A stretch of 64,000 nt of DNA from an uncultured Chlamydiae bacterium (GCA_963730605.1 CAVSSM010000002.1:224001-288000); one strand, 5' to 3'. Positions 41,972-51,570 are shown, counted from the stretch's first letter. The notes: generated by a model not told the origin, from the letters alone. Numbers and translations: made by a program.

Positions 41972-43192
41972 ATGAAGTACCTCCTTCTCATCATTGTGAT
42001 CTTTATTGCCGCCTGCATTGAGACTGATATTTACCTACCGGCTTTTCCCGATATGATGGCCTACTTTAAAACGACCGAAGCAGAAATCCAACGCCTCCTC
42101 ACCTGGAACTTTGTCGGCATCTGCCTCTCTGGCCCCTTGTACGGCCCCATTTCCGATTCCTTTGGCCGAAAAAAACCTCTCTTGGCCGCGTTAGGACTCT
42201 TTTTGATCGGAAGCCTTCTGACTGTATTCGCGCAAAGTTTTAGCCAAATGCTGCTCGGGCGCTTGCTCCAGGGATTGGGCAGCGGCGGCTGTTTTACCCT
42301 GGGCACGGCGATCCTCTTTGACGCTTTCCGCGCCGAAAAAGCGATCAAGGCCCTCAATCAGCTCAATTTAATCATCCCCTTCATTATGGCCCTTGCTCCG
42401 ATGCTCGGCGGCGCTCTCAACCATCTCTTCGGCTTCCGCTCGAACTTTTTAGCCATCGCCCTCTTTGTCCTATTGAGTTTGGCGATTTGTTTACTCTATT
42501 TCGACGAGAGTTTGCCTCGGGAAAAAAGATCCCCCTTTCAAGTAAGGAAGGTCTTGAGAGATTTTAAAGAGGCTTTTACGTGCCTGCCTTTTTGGCAGTT
42601 GACCGTGATCATGAGCTTTATGTTCGCAGGCTATCTGGCATTTCTCTCAGGCACTTCAGTTCTATTCGTTGTCGAATTTGGGTTAGCCAAGACCTTATTC
42701 CCCTTTTTCCAAGCTGCCATTCTCTTTGCTTGGCTGATTGCAAGTCTCACATGCATGCGGGCCATTGCCCGTTTTGGCATCCAAAGGCTCAAACAAGTTG
42801 GGACAGCCTTCATCGTAATAGGAGGGCTTGGATTGGCCTTAAGCGCTATTTTAGCGCCTATCAACCCCTATTTTTCTACTGCTGCCATGCTCTTCTACAC
42901 CTTCGGCTGCAATTGGACGATCTCGTTTTATTTTCCGGAAGGAATGGAACTGCTTCCCCATATCAAGGGGGTTACCGCAAGCCTTATGACGAGCGCGCGC
43001 CTTCTTTTTGCCGCCTTGATCGTGGGATTGGCCAGCCACCTCTACGATGGAACGATTTTCCCCATCGTCTGGGTCATCCTGGGAATCTTGGGCGTGATTC
43101 TTCCCACCATTCTCTTCTATGAGCGGTGGCGCAAGACCCAACCAATGGCGAGCCAAGCTGAAATTCCCTCACATGCGCCAAATCACCCGTGA
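41972..43192 (+). CDS. Bcr/CflA (DHA1) MFS efflux transporter
   Basis: DIYLPAFP, YGPISDSFGRKK, GRLLQGLG; ORF-track N-extension comes from the MITE. Confidence 0.92.
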   Translation: MKYLLLIIVIFIAACIETDIYLPAFPDMMAYFKTTEAEIQRLLTWNFVGICLSGPLYGPISDSFGRKKPLLAALGLFLIGSLLTVFAQSFSQMLLGRLLQGLGSGGCFTLGTAILFDAFRAEKAIKALNQLNLIIPFIMALAPMLGGALNHLFGFRSNFLAIALFVLLSLAICLLYFDESLPREKRSPFQVRKVLRDFKEAFTCLPFWQLTVIMSFMFAGYLAFLSGTSVLFVVEFGLAKTLFPFFQAAILFAWLIASLTCMRAIARFGIQRLKQVGTAFIVIGGLGLALSAILAPINPYFSTAAMLFYTFGCNWTISFYFPEGMELLPHIKGVTASLMTSARLLFAALIVGLASHLYDGTIFPIVWVILGILGVILPTILFYERWRKTQPMASQAEIPSHAPNHP

Positions 43193-43197
43193 TGATT

Positions 43198-43515
43198 TTA
43201 CTCGTGGGCGATCTTTAAAATGATGATGCAAGCAATAATTAACAGAATGCAACCAACCCGGATTGGACCGTGCGATTCCCCTAAAAAGAACATGCCAAAT
43301 AACAGAGTCCCACATGCCCCGATCCCAGTCCAAACCGCATACCCGGTGCCCACTGGAATCGTGCGCAAAGCATAACTCAGTAAAACAAAGCTAACAGCCA
43401 TGGCAGCTCCTGTAAAAATGCTCGGCACTAACTTGGTGAACCCTTCAGTAAATTTAAGTCCAACAGCCCAACCGATTTCGAAAAAACCTGCTATGATAAG
43501 AGCGAACCAATGCAT
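43198..43515 (-). CDS. sugE: SMR family transporter (Gdx/SugE-like)
   Basis: EIGWAVGLK, IPVGTGYAVWTGIG. Confidence 0.88.
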   Translation of the reverse strand: MHWFALIIAGFFEIGWAVGLKFTEGFTKLVPSIFTGAAMAVSFVLLSYALRTIPVGTGYAVWTGIGACGTLLFGMFFLGESHGPIRVGCILLIIACIIILKIAHE

Positions 43516-43569
43516 TTATTCTTCCTTTGCATAACGACCAATCATAGTAACATATTGGTTGAAAAAATT

Positions 43570-43770
43570 TATACTCAAAGAATATGAAGAATCGGGAATA
43601 TAGCAAGGCTGCGGACACTTGAAAAAGCTCGGGGGTTCGAGCTTTTTCTAAGGAAAGCAGCCCAGAATTTGAGCCAGGCTTTGCCGGCGCCGGGTCCGGG
43701 GTCCCCAAAAACGCATCGTTTTTGGGGTGGGGCGCCGCCAGAAACCGATTCTTCATGTTATTTGAGTATA
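43570..43770. mobile_element. MITE family C
   Basis: TIR tatactcaaa.aa.atgaagaatcgg at both ends; carries the ccccaaaaacgcatcgtttttgggg module. Confidence 0.8.
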
Positions 43771-44015
43771 AGTGGTAAATTAGGCAAGCTGAATAGAGAG
43801 GGAACTTTTTGAAGAAATTCACATGCAACAGGGAAACTCTTTCTTTTCGAGAGGAGCCAGAAGATCTCCTGTACCACGAAAGAGGTTGTGTTCCATTTCA
43901 GATCTTTGATCCTTTCTAACGTCTCAATGGCATCCGCATGATGCTCATCGTCAGCGTTAAACACCGCGACCATGAACCCAGTATCGATGAGAATCTTTTT
44001 TGAGAATGCGAACAC
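43758..44015 (-). pseudogene. Truncated PIN/VapC toxin
   Basis: ILIDTG..VA..NADDEHH, VVQE; only 85 aa, with the stop lying inside the MITE. Confidence 0.75.
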
Positions 44016-44024
44016 GGAACAGCA

Positions 44025-44228
44025 CTACTCTTTGTGCAAGAGATCTTTGTAATTCGTGCTGGTAACTCCCGTTCCCGTCAGACATCCTATTAAGCCGGAT
44101 TTCTCCAAAATAGAGATTTTGGACATCGCAGTCCTTTTAGGTCTGCGACGCATTACCGCCTTCTTTTTTATCCTTCGAGCAGCTCTTTTCTTCGATCGAA
44201 CCGCTCTCTTCTTATTACGCACAGTCAT
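44025..44228 (-). CDS. Putative antitoxin for the PIN gene
   Basis: Basic N-terminus, LEKSGLIGC...STNYK; immediately upstream of the PIN gene. Confidence 0.6.
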   Translation of the reverse strand: MTVRNKKRAVRSKKRAARRIKKKAVMRRRPKRTAMSKISILEKSGLIGCLTGTGVTSTNYKDLLHKE

Positions 44229-44361
44229 ATCATGCTCACTTACAATGATTATTCGAGAAAAGCTCTCAGCCCTCAACGGGCATTATTTCCATGAGACTGC
44301 CTATCATAGCAGGCAGCAACAACAAATGGCACTCTAAAATGGGAGCGTCTGCCATTTGGAA

Positions 44362-44967
44362 TCAAAAAACCTCCAAATCAAGAACATCCAACTTCCCATC
44401 ACCGTTTAGATCAGTAGCAGACAAAGTGCCCTTGTTTTCATGAATTTCATAGAGCAATTTAAGATATTTACCAGCCACTAAACGCGGCAGCTCATCTTTG
44501 CGCTCTATCCCGTACCATTCATAGATCCCTTTGCTACCTTTTGAAGAGTTGCATCGACGACATGCCCAAACATGATTTTCAGCCGTATCCGTGCCATTTT
44601 TCACACGAGGAACAAGATGATCCCATGAGAGATTCTCTGTCGATCTACAATATTCGCAGCAAATTCCATCACATGACATCTGCATTTTTAGTTCTCTCAG
44701 AGCTGCGCTCATTTTTATCTCTCCAGACGCGAGCATTGTCATCTTGCTCATGATGAATCCATGACCATGAATCCCGGAGGATGCAGCAATGATCTTTGCG
44801 TACTGGTAAAAGATCAGATCTTTGATATACCGCGCCCGCTTAGGTTGTGTGAATTTTGACAGCAGATTTTTGGCTCCAGTAGCATTGCGGAGATCGAGTC
44901 CAACTTGCACAATGTTAACGAGATCGAGCAATGCGCTGGAGCAAAAAAGATGCTCAACAAAATTCAC
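44362..44967 (-). CDS. HNH endonuclease (start uncertain)
   Basis: CEYC..DHLVP..G....N...AC..CNSSKG. Confidence 0.85.
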   Translation of the reverse strand: MNFVEHLFCSSALLDLVNIVQVGLDLRNATGAKNLLSKFTQPKRARYIKDLIFYQYAKIIAASSGIHGHGFIMSKMTMLASGEIKMSAALRELKMQMSCDGICCEYCRSTENLSWDHLVPRVKNGTDTAENHVWACRRCNSSKGSKGIYEWYGIERKDELPRLVAGKYLKLLYEIHENKGTLSATDLNGDGKLDVLDLEVF

Positions 44968-45012
44968 TCAAGATAAGCGGGCGCGGTATAGTTTTAACGG
45001 CTGAAGGAGGCA

Positions 45013-45612
45013 TTATCCCCTGACAGTTACGTTCAATTTTTTCGGCTGGTTCGTCTCTTGGTCAACTAGCGTAATGGTAAAAGTAGGTTGATATTCATTC
45101 ACAGGGACGAAAAGCAGCTTATTGAAATGAGAATGGCGAAAAATAATCTGATCGCGCGCTACTTTCGCACTGAAATCATTATCTAAAGCTTCATTTGCTT
45201 TAGCAGATTTTACACCATCAACAATGGCTGGAATAGCTAAAGGCCATAGAAAAAGAGCCCCGACACCGTAACCAGTTGCCCTTCCAACAGTCGATGTGTG
45301 AACTTTATCCGCTACCTCTTCTGGTGTAGCAAAGGACACACTAACTCGATTTAAAGCAAAGAGGTAATCTTTTTCAGAGCTATTTTGAATGTATAACTGA
45401 ACGGGCTGATATCCTTCTGCAATTACATCTCTATCCAAATACTTTTTACAGTCAGCCTTGTTGAAGGCCTTAGCTCCGATAAAAACGCTGCCTGCGCCAA
45501 TGATGATTTCAGAAGCAAGGCTGTTTAATGGTGATGCACTGTAGCTTGCGCATCCTGACAGAAGGAGAAGCATTGCTAAAACTGCAATAAAAGGCAGAGA
45601 AATTTTACTCAT
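45013..45612 (-). CDS. Hypothetical lipoprotein
   Basis: LSGC lipobox. Confidence 0.75.
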   Translation of the reverse strand: MSKISLPFIAVLAMLLLLSGCASYSASPLNSLASEIIIGAGSVFIGAKAFNKADCKKYLDRDVIAEGYQPVQLYIQNSSEKDYLFALNRVSVSFATPEEVADKVHTSTVGRATGYGVGALFLWPLAIPAIVDGVKSAKANEALDNDFSAKVARDQIIFRHSHFNKLLFVPVNEYQPTFTITLVDQETNQPKKLNVTVRG

Positions 45613-45873
45613 AAGACTCCATAAAATAATGAAAGACTGAATGATTCTAAACAAAAACAAAAAAGATGATCAACTCAAATAAATTATTTCCATTTGAACT
45701 ATTTCCATTTTTGAAACAGTTGCTTCCAGGATGAGTTTCTGGCTTATTTTTTAAATGCCTTGAGAGCAGAAGGACCTGGGACGCCCTCTCGCAGCGCTCC
45801 GCGCTTGCTGCCGGGCCGGCGATCTAGCGCCCTGCAGGGCGCTTCGATTCGAGTCCTCCACGGAAGCCGCGCA

Positions 45874-45923
45874 GGGGGCGGGCGGACTAGAACCGCCGAA
45901 GACCGAAGTCGGGGGATTTACAG
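45874..45923 (-). repeat. Divergent tRNA-Tyr 3' half (distal att copy)
   Basis: Matches 56312-56361 except for T-arm region substitutions, four of them forming two compensatory T-stem pairs. Confidence 0.85.
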
Positions 45924-46154
45924 ACGGATGGAATACAATCTCAACCAATGATTATTCACGCTTATCAACTTGAAAATCAGAATATTGATCACAATAAAGA
46001 GTTGACGACTATTGTTAAAAATTGGGTAAAATAATCTATTGCTGTCCCATTTTTGTCCCACCAGCCCCTGACCTCTCCCTCTTGCTAGGCCCAAGATTCC
46101 AAAGGAAATTTTGCGCATAGCATTTACACAAAAACTCTAAATGAACTAGACTAA

Positions 46155-46164
46155 TGACTAGTCA
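46155..46164. promoter_or_regulatory. Palindromic operator candidate upstream of Phd-VapC
   Basis: TGACTAGTCA inside actag/accag repeats. Confidence 0.5.
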
Positions 46165-46181
46165 GACCAGACCAGGTGAAT

Positions 46182-46478
46182 ATGAAAACTAAACCTTGCT
46201 CAAGAAGAAGGCTTAGCCATCGCAAGAGACATAAAAAATGGCAAGTCCAGGAAGCAAAATCAAAGTTTTCTCAATTGATCAAGGAAACAGCTTCTTCTGG
46301 ATACCAAACAATTACAAAAAATGGCGAAACTGTTGCCTATGTTGTTTCTAAAGAAGACTTTGAGATGTATTTGAAGCCTCAGAAATCGCTTCTTGAAGTT
46401 TTAGACCAATGCCCGTACCCAGAAGTCGATTTCGATACCAAGCGAAGAACGGATACGATTAGGGAAATCGATTTATGA
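46182..46478 (+). CDS. Phd/YefM antitoxin
   Basis: WQVQEAKSKFSQLI...QTITKNG. Confidence 0.9.
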   Translation: MKTKPCSRRRLSHRKRHKKWQVQEAKSKFSQLIKETASSGYQTITKNGETVAYVVSKEDFEMYLKPQKSLLEVLDQCPYPEVDFDTKRRTDTIREIDL

Positions 46479-46915
46479 CCTATCTACTCGATACATGTAC
46501 GATTTCTACCCTGAGAAAGAAAGGAACTTCTGAAGGAAAGAAATTAAGAGAGTGGGTATCAAGGATGGAAGATCGTTTTTTTTTCATAAGCGTTTTGACA
46601 ATTGGCGAACTCCTATTCGGAATTTCCAAATTGAGTGAAAAAGAAGAGAAAATAAAAAACGCTTTGCAAAATTGGCTCGTGGGCGACCTCATCCCTAGTT
46701 TCGGAAATAGAATTTTGTCTATCGATCAACAAATTTGCTCTATTTGGGGTGATATGACCGCTCAGGCGGCTAAAAAGGGAGTTATTCTCCCAATGGGCGA
46801 TGCCCTAATTGCTGCAACTGCGATCAAATATGATCTGATTGTCATCACCCAAAACACCAAACACTTCAAATCTTCTGGAGCTCGTCTTTTCGATCCTCTC
46901 ATCCACCATCCATAG
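46475..46915 (+). CDS. vapC: VapC PIN toxin
   Basis: YLLDT, ISVLTIGEL, DALIAATA, TQNTKHF; ATGA overlap with the antitoxin. Confidence 0.92.
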   Translation: MTYLLDTCTISTLRKKGTSEGKKLREWVSRMEDRFFFISVLTIGELLFGISKLSEKEEKIKNALQNWLVGDLIPSFGNRILSIDQQICSIWGDMTAQAAKKGVILPMGDALIAATAIKYDLIVITQNTKHFKSSGARLFDPLIHHP

Positions 46916-47041
46916 AAGTTCATGCGGAATTTGATACGCTTGAAGAGGACTTTCTGGCCGCGCTTGTCCACGATTTAGTAGAGGATGTTCAGCCTTCACC
47001 AGCGATCGGACAGGTTCTTTTGAGCGATCTCAAGATCGGTC

Positions 47042-47305
47042 TTATTCATCAACCCTTTCGTTCAGAGGATCAGTGCCCTCGGCGATCGACAGCATCTCAT
47101 AAACCTTCTCGCTGATGGCCTCTATTCCGTAGGCCCATGAGCGGAGAATATCTTCTTTTTCATCATCGGTCTTCGTCTGGAACCAATCCCACGTATCTTT
47201 TGGACGAAGAGGGCGAAAACGTCCTTCACCAGCAAATAGCTCCTGTTCTAGAAGATTTTGTAGCAGCACGGCAAGCCTGCCGAGATCCTCAATTCGTTGT
47301 CGCAT
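47042..47305 (-). CDS. Hypothetical protein
   Basis: 87-aa ORF with AGGAG RBS. Confidence 0.6.
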   Translation of the reverse strand: MRQRIEDLGRLAVLLQNLLEQELFAGEGRFRPLRPKDTWDWFQTKTDDEKEDILRSWAYGIEAISEKVYEMLSIAEGTDPLNERVDE

Positions 47306-47452
47306 CGTCGTCGACTCCTAGGGTGATAACGTTAATGCGTGGATTCACGAGTTCCCTCGTTTTAGCGTCTTTATGGGACCTTTCCAAGCGGGTTTCAATT
47401 TTCTTGTGGCCTCATTCTTCGCAATGGGCATAAGACCGTCCCAATGGTCTTT

Positions 47453-48715
47453 ATATTTGTTCAGGGGGTATAGCAGGGCTGGCTAAAAATGGTGGGGGCC
47501 GACGAACCTGTTTTCCAGGCGCCTAGGGCTTCCACAAGATAATCTAAACATTTCTTCCCCTGATGCTTCAGGGTAGTTACAACAGTATTGGTCCTCTCGA
47601 TGAACCGATCGCCACGTTCGCTTTTGGAACCGTAGCTAACTCTACGGGTAATCACGATCCCTCTTAGATCCCTTTCAGCCTGATTGTTCGTTGGCTCTAC
47701 GCCATCTCGAGTGGCAAAAATCCACAGATTTTGCGCCCTCCGCAAGAGAGCTCGGGCGAACCGTTTGAGGGAGGCGCTATGCTTGCCTTTCGTAGATGCA
47801 ACCAGTAGCCCATATGCAAAATCATCTCGGTACTGCCTGCTTTTGCGTCTAAATGAACGCCGGCTTCTCCGTTTTTCCCGGTAGTCTCGCCAGAGTTCGA
47901 AGATCGTTTTGAGATATTCTAGCATCACTTGGCCCCACTCGCCATCGAGACCTGCTCGCTCGGCAAAACGCTTTATGTCCCGTTTGAGATGAGCAAGACA
48001 GAACTGATGTGGCCACTGGAAGCGATAAATTGCTAACCTGTCAGTAACGAAGGCTACACGTTTTGTTGCAGTAGTGCCTAATAGGGCATCTCTGCATTCG
48101 GCTCCTCTCCCTTCCTGGATCTTGTACACGGCCCCGGATGCAGTGGACATAATCCATACAAATGCTCGTTTTCCCCAGCATTTCCAACCTGTTTCTTCAA
48201 CATGTTTTGTTTCGTTACTACCATGCACCTGCTTTTCGATCTCTTCGTACGATGGCTTAAGAGCGGCTGACATACGATTTTCTATATTGCTCTGGGTTCC
48301 AACTGCTGCTCGAAGATCGAGCCCTTCTTGCAGGATGCTTAATGCAATCCGACGGCTTAGTCGGCATGTACCAGTCAGGAACCCCATGAAGGCAGACAGT
48401 CGTGTTCCAAATGCCGATGGGCCGACATGGCTGGGAAGTGGGGCTACCCCATCTTTTTTCTTGGGGGCATCATTCTTGCCTTTTTGGTCCGTTGAGGGTG
48501 GCTTGGAACTGTTTTTGGAATTGAGGTTGATCTGTTCTTTCAAACGGGCATTTTCTTCACGTAGTCTGGAGTTTTCGACCTTGAGCGAGGCCACCTCACT
48601 ACGGAGCAATCGAATTTCTGTGAGCAGCTCTTCGTAACTGGCGTTCATGCTGTTCTAGCTTAGCATGTTGGCGAATATTCACCTAAAAAATTTGCTATAC
48701 CCCCTGAACAAATAC
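47453..48715 (-). mobile_element. IS66-family single-ORF element, probably defective
   Basis: TIR tatttgttcagggggtatagc at both ends; no matching TSD seen. Confidence 0.85.
47461..48648 (-). CDS. IS66 family transposase
   Basis: NSKNSSKPPS, QFCLAHLKRD, EPTNNQAERDLR; Zn-finger segment seems missing and DET reads EET. Confidence 0.88.
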   Translation of the reverse strand: MNASYEELLTEIRLLRSEVASLKVENSRLREENARLKEQINLNSKNSSKPPSTDQKGKNDAPKKKDGVAPLPSHVGPSAFGTRLSAFMGFLTGTCRLSRRIALSILQEGLDLRAAVGTQSNIENRMSAALKPSYEEIEKQVHGSNETKHVEETGWKCWGKRAFVWIMSTASGAVYKIQEGRGAECRDALLGTTATKRVAFVTDRLAIYRFQWPHQFCLAHLKRDIKRFAERAGLDGEWGQVMLEYLKTIFELWRDYREKRRSRRSFRRKSRQYRDDFAYGLLVASTKGKHSASLKRFARALLRRAQNLWIFATRDGVEPTNNQAERDLRGIVITRRVSYGSKSERGDRFIERTNTVVTTLKHQGKKCLDYLVEALGAWKTGSSAPTIFSQPCYTP

Positions 48716-48859
48716 AGACGACCAGTTAAAACTCTAGGCTTGGTAGAGGGGTACATATCGAGGATGTGTTGGATATTACTGTCCCATGAGAGATCCCTTG
48801 GGAGCTTAAAATATACCGAATTTTATCGCGAATTTCGGCCCGTTTTTTCATAGGGAATT

Positions 48860-49426
48860 TGGGGGCGGCCAGACGCCCTCGCGCTGAGCTGCTTCGCAGC
48901 TCATGCTGCCGGGCCGGCGATCCCCCGCGGTTTTTGCAGAGCAAAAAACATCGACGGGGGATTCGAGTCCGCCACGCGACACGCGCAGGCGTGTCGCTCG
49001 CCCCCAAAAAGCAAAAAGCCCCGCGTGAAGCGGGGCTGCTTTTTGGGGGCGGCCAGACGCCCTCGCGCTGAGCTGCTTCGCAGCTCATGCTGCCGGGCCG
49101 GCGATCCCCCGCGGTTTTTGCAGAGCAAAAAACATCGACGGGGGATTCGAGTCCGCCACGCGACACGCGCAGGCGTGTCGCTCGCCCCCAAAAAGCAAAA
49201 AGCCCCGCGTGAAGCGGGGCTGCTTTTTGGGGGCGGCCAGACGCCCTCGCGCTGAGCTGCTTCGCAGCTCATGCTGCCGGGCCGGCGATCCCCCGCGGTT
49301 TTTGCAGAGCAAAAAACATCGACGGGGGATTCGAGTCCGCCACGCGACACGCGCAGGCGTGTCGCTCGCCCCCAAAAAGCAAAAAGCCCCGCGTGAAGCG
49401 GGGCTGCTTTTTGGGGGCGGCCAGAC
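48860..49426. repeat. 184-bp tRNA-linked tandem repeat (3 full units)
   Basis: gggggcggccagac starts at 48861, 49045, 49229 and 49413; units look identical by eye. Confidence 0.95.
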
Positions 49427-49465
49427 TCGAACTGGCGGAGACCGAAGTCGGGGGATTTACAGTCC
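49412..49465 (-). repeat. tRNA-Tyr 3' half copy (att)
   Basis: Identical to 56311-56364. Confidence 0.95.
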
Positions 49466-49719
49466 GCCTAAATCCAATTTAACCCCATCCCTACCAATAC
49501 ATATCAACATAACAATCAGAATCTTGCAGCATTTCTTGGGCTGTTAAAAATTGTTTTGAATTGGTAGCTATTGAACCCTGCTGTCCCACCAATGCCCCGT
49601 GACGCTATTAAAGAAGACTTGAATAACAAGCCCTTTTACGTTACCCTTATTGAAGAAAACTTGAATAACGCTCGATTTTCCAAGCCGTTATTCTCGGATG
49701 CTTGAATAAGGAGCTCTGC

Positions 49720-50853
49720 ATGAGAAGCGGCAGATACATTACACAGCCCAACCAGTATAAAGCATTCATTCCAACAGACCTTCCTCCCGAGCCCCCCATC
49801 CGGATAGAAGGAGAAATGCACGGCCTCCTCACCGACGCCAACATTGCCATTGGAAAACTAGACACCATGGGCTATTTGGCACCGAATCTAAGCCACATCA
49901 TCGCCATGTACGTCCGCAAAGAAGCACTCCTCAGCTCTCAAATCGAAGGAACGCAAGCCTCCTTCGAGGATATTTTTGAATACGAAAGCCAAATCCCCGT
50001 GAAAAACGTGAATGACGTCGAAGAGGTCGTCAATTACATCAAAGCTCTGAACCACGGTATGCAAAGACTCAACGACTTCCCTATGAGCATACGTCTCATT
50101 AAAGAAATTCACGCCATCCTCTTGGAAGGAGTGCGCGGAAAAGACAAAACACCGGGCGAATTCAAAAAAAGCCAAAATTGGATTGGTCCAGCCGGGTCCA
50201 CTCCAAGCACAGCTTCTTTCATTCCGCCACCACCAAAAGAGGCGATGGATGCCATGGGACAACTTGAGCTTTTTCTACACAAAAATTCCAGTATTCCACT
50301 ACTGATCAGCTGTGCGCTTATCCATTACCAGTTTGAGACAATCCATCCCTTTCTCGATGGCAACGGCAGGTTGGGCAGGCTCCTAATCACCTTCTATCTC
50401 TATTGGAAAAAGGCTCTTCAACATCCTACGCTCTACCTCAGTTACTATTTCAAAATACATCGCCAAGAGTACTACGACCGCCTCAACCTCGTCCGCGCCA
50501 AAGGCGATTATGAGCAATGGGTCACCTTCTTTCTCCAAGGCGTCATTTGGACTTCCAACTCCGCCCTACAAACCATCAAAACCGCCCTCCAGCTCCAAGA
50601 AACCCACAAAAAGCGACTCATCACAGCCAAACTCTCTACCCCCTACGCTATTGCCCTCCTTGATTATCTCTTTGAAAAACCCCACCTTTCCATAAAAGAC
50701 GCAGCCACCCACCTCAAAACCTCTTATCAAAGCGCAAAAACGCTCATGCAGCAACTTGTCTCTCTCGAAATCCTCAAAGAAATCACTGGTAAACGCCGCG
50801 ACAAACGCTATAGCTATTGGGAATATTTAGACCTGCTGTCAGAAGGGACATGA
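49720..50853 (+). CDS. Fic family protein
   Basis: HPFLDGNGRLGR, EALLSSQIEGT; AAGGAG RBS; upstream ttgaataa repeats. Confidence 0.95.
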   Translation: MRSGRYITQPNQYKAFIPTDLPPEPPIRIEGEMHGLLTDANIAIGKLDTMGYLAPNLSHIIAMYVRKEALLSSQIEGTQASFEDIFEYESQIPVKNVNDVEEVVNYIKALNHGMQRLNDFPMSIRLIKEIHAILLEGVRGKDKTPGEFKKSQNWIGPAGSTPSTASFIPPPPKEAMDAMGQLELFLHKNSSIPLLISCALIHYQFETIHPFLDGNGRLGRLLITFYLYWKKALQHPTLYLSYYFKIHRQEYYDRLNLVRAKGDYEQWVTFFLQGVIWTSNSALQTIKTALQLQETHKKRLITAKLSTPYAIALLDYLFEKPHLSIKDAATHLKTSYQSAKTLMQQLVSLEILKEITGKRRDKRYSYWEYLDLLSEGT

Positions 50854-51015
50854 ACAGGTTTCTTTTGCTGTCCAATGAATCACAAACTCCGTTTTCCTAG
50901 CTTAGCAGCGCGAAGGCAGCCGATCCGGTTGCTAGTCCGGCATAGCTAAGAGCGCGCGCAGGCGTGTCGCTCGCCCCAAAAAGCAAAAAGCCCCGCGTGA
51001 AGCGGGGCTGCTTTT

Positions 51016-51066
51016 TGGGGGCGGCCAGACTCGAACTGGCGGAGACCGAAGTCGGGGGATTTACAG
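51016..51066 (-). repeat. tRNA-Tyr 3' half copy (att), with adjacent terminator
   Basis: Identical to 56311-56361; ~50953-51015 matches the end of the 184-bp unit. Confidence 0.95.
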
Positions 51067-51552
51067 GCGCGTTACATTCTGAGTTTGCCAACACGAGGAA
51101 AATGATAGCAATAAGAGAATTAAAAGTTTAGGTTTCTCTGATGTTTGCTGATTTTTGCTATCCATTCTGATTTGAGCGTATCCCTTGCACTAAAATTGCA
51201 CCGCGGCTCTCGATAGGTCTGCTGATTCCTTCAATGGGAGCCAAGGAGAATGAGACAATCAGAAGACATAAATCTGAAATTGAAGCAGATCACGAGGATT
51301 TTCAGTCCTCCTAAGCCGCTTCCGGCCGTTGCCTTCAAATTCCTTCAATCAACCAAAACAGCCAAATTCTATAGGAGAAGTCGGATGGAAAGCGAGAAAT
51401 TCCGATAATCGAAGCTGATCCCGAACTAGTAAAGGGAATTGGCAATTCCGGCATTTTTCCGGGAAGAACAGCCTTTTCCTTAATCCTAGGGATATAAGAG
51501 GTCACTTTTCATTGATGCACCATTTGAAAAAAAAGTTTATCAGTATACATAA

Positions 51553-51570
51553 ATTACCAATATTGGTAAT
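51553..51570. promoter_or_regulatory. Perfect 18-bp palindromic operator candidate
   Basis: ATTACCAATATTGGTAAT just upstream of the toxin gene. Confidence 0.6.

Noticed and set aside
43516..43570. Guanidine riboswitch upstream of sugE
   Set aside because: No ACGR-loop twin hairpins or ykkC-like motif visible.
48860..49426. CRISPR array
   Set aside because: Units are identical over 184 bp with no unique spacers, and no cas genes are in the window.
48726..49547. Repeated ORFs in the ORF track
   Set aside because: By-products of a GC-rich non-coding tandem repeat.
49412..51066. Additional functional tRNA-Tyr genes
   Set aside because: Only 3' halves; the 5' acceptor strand and D-arm are missing.
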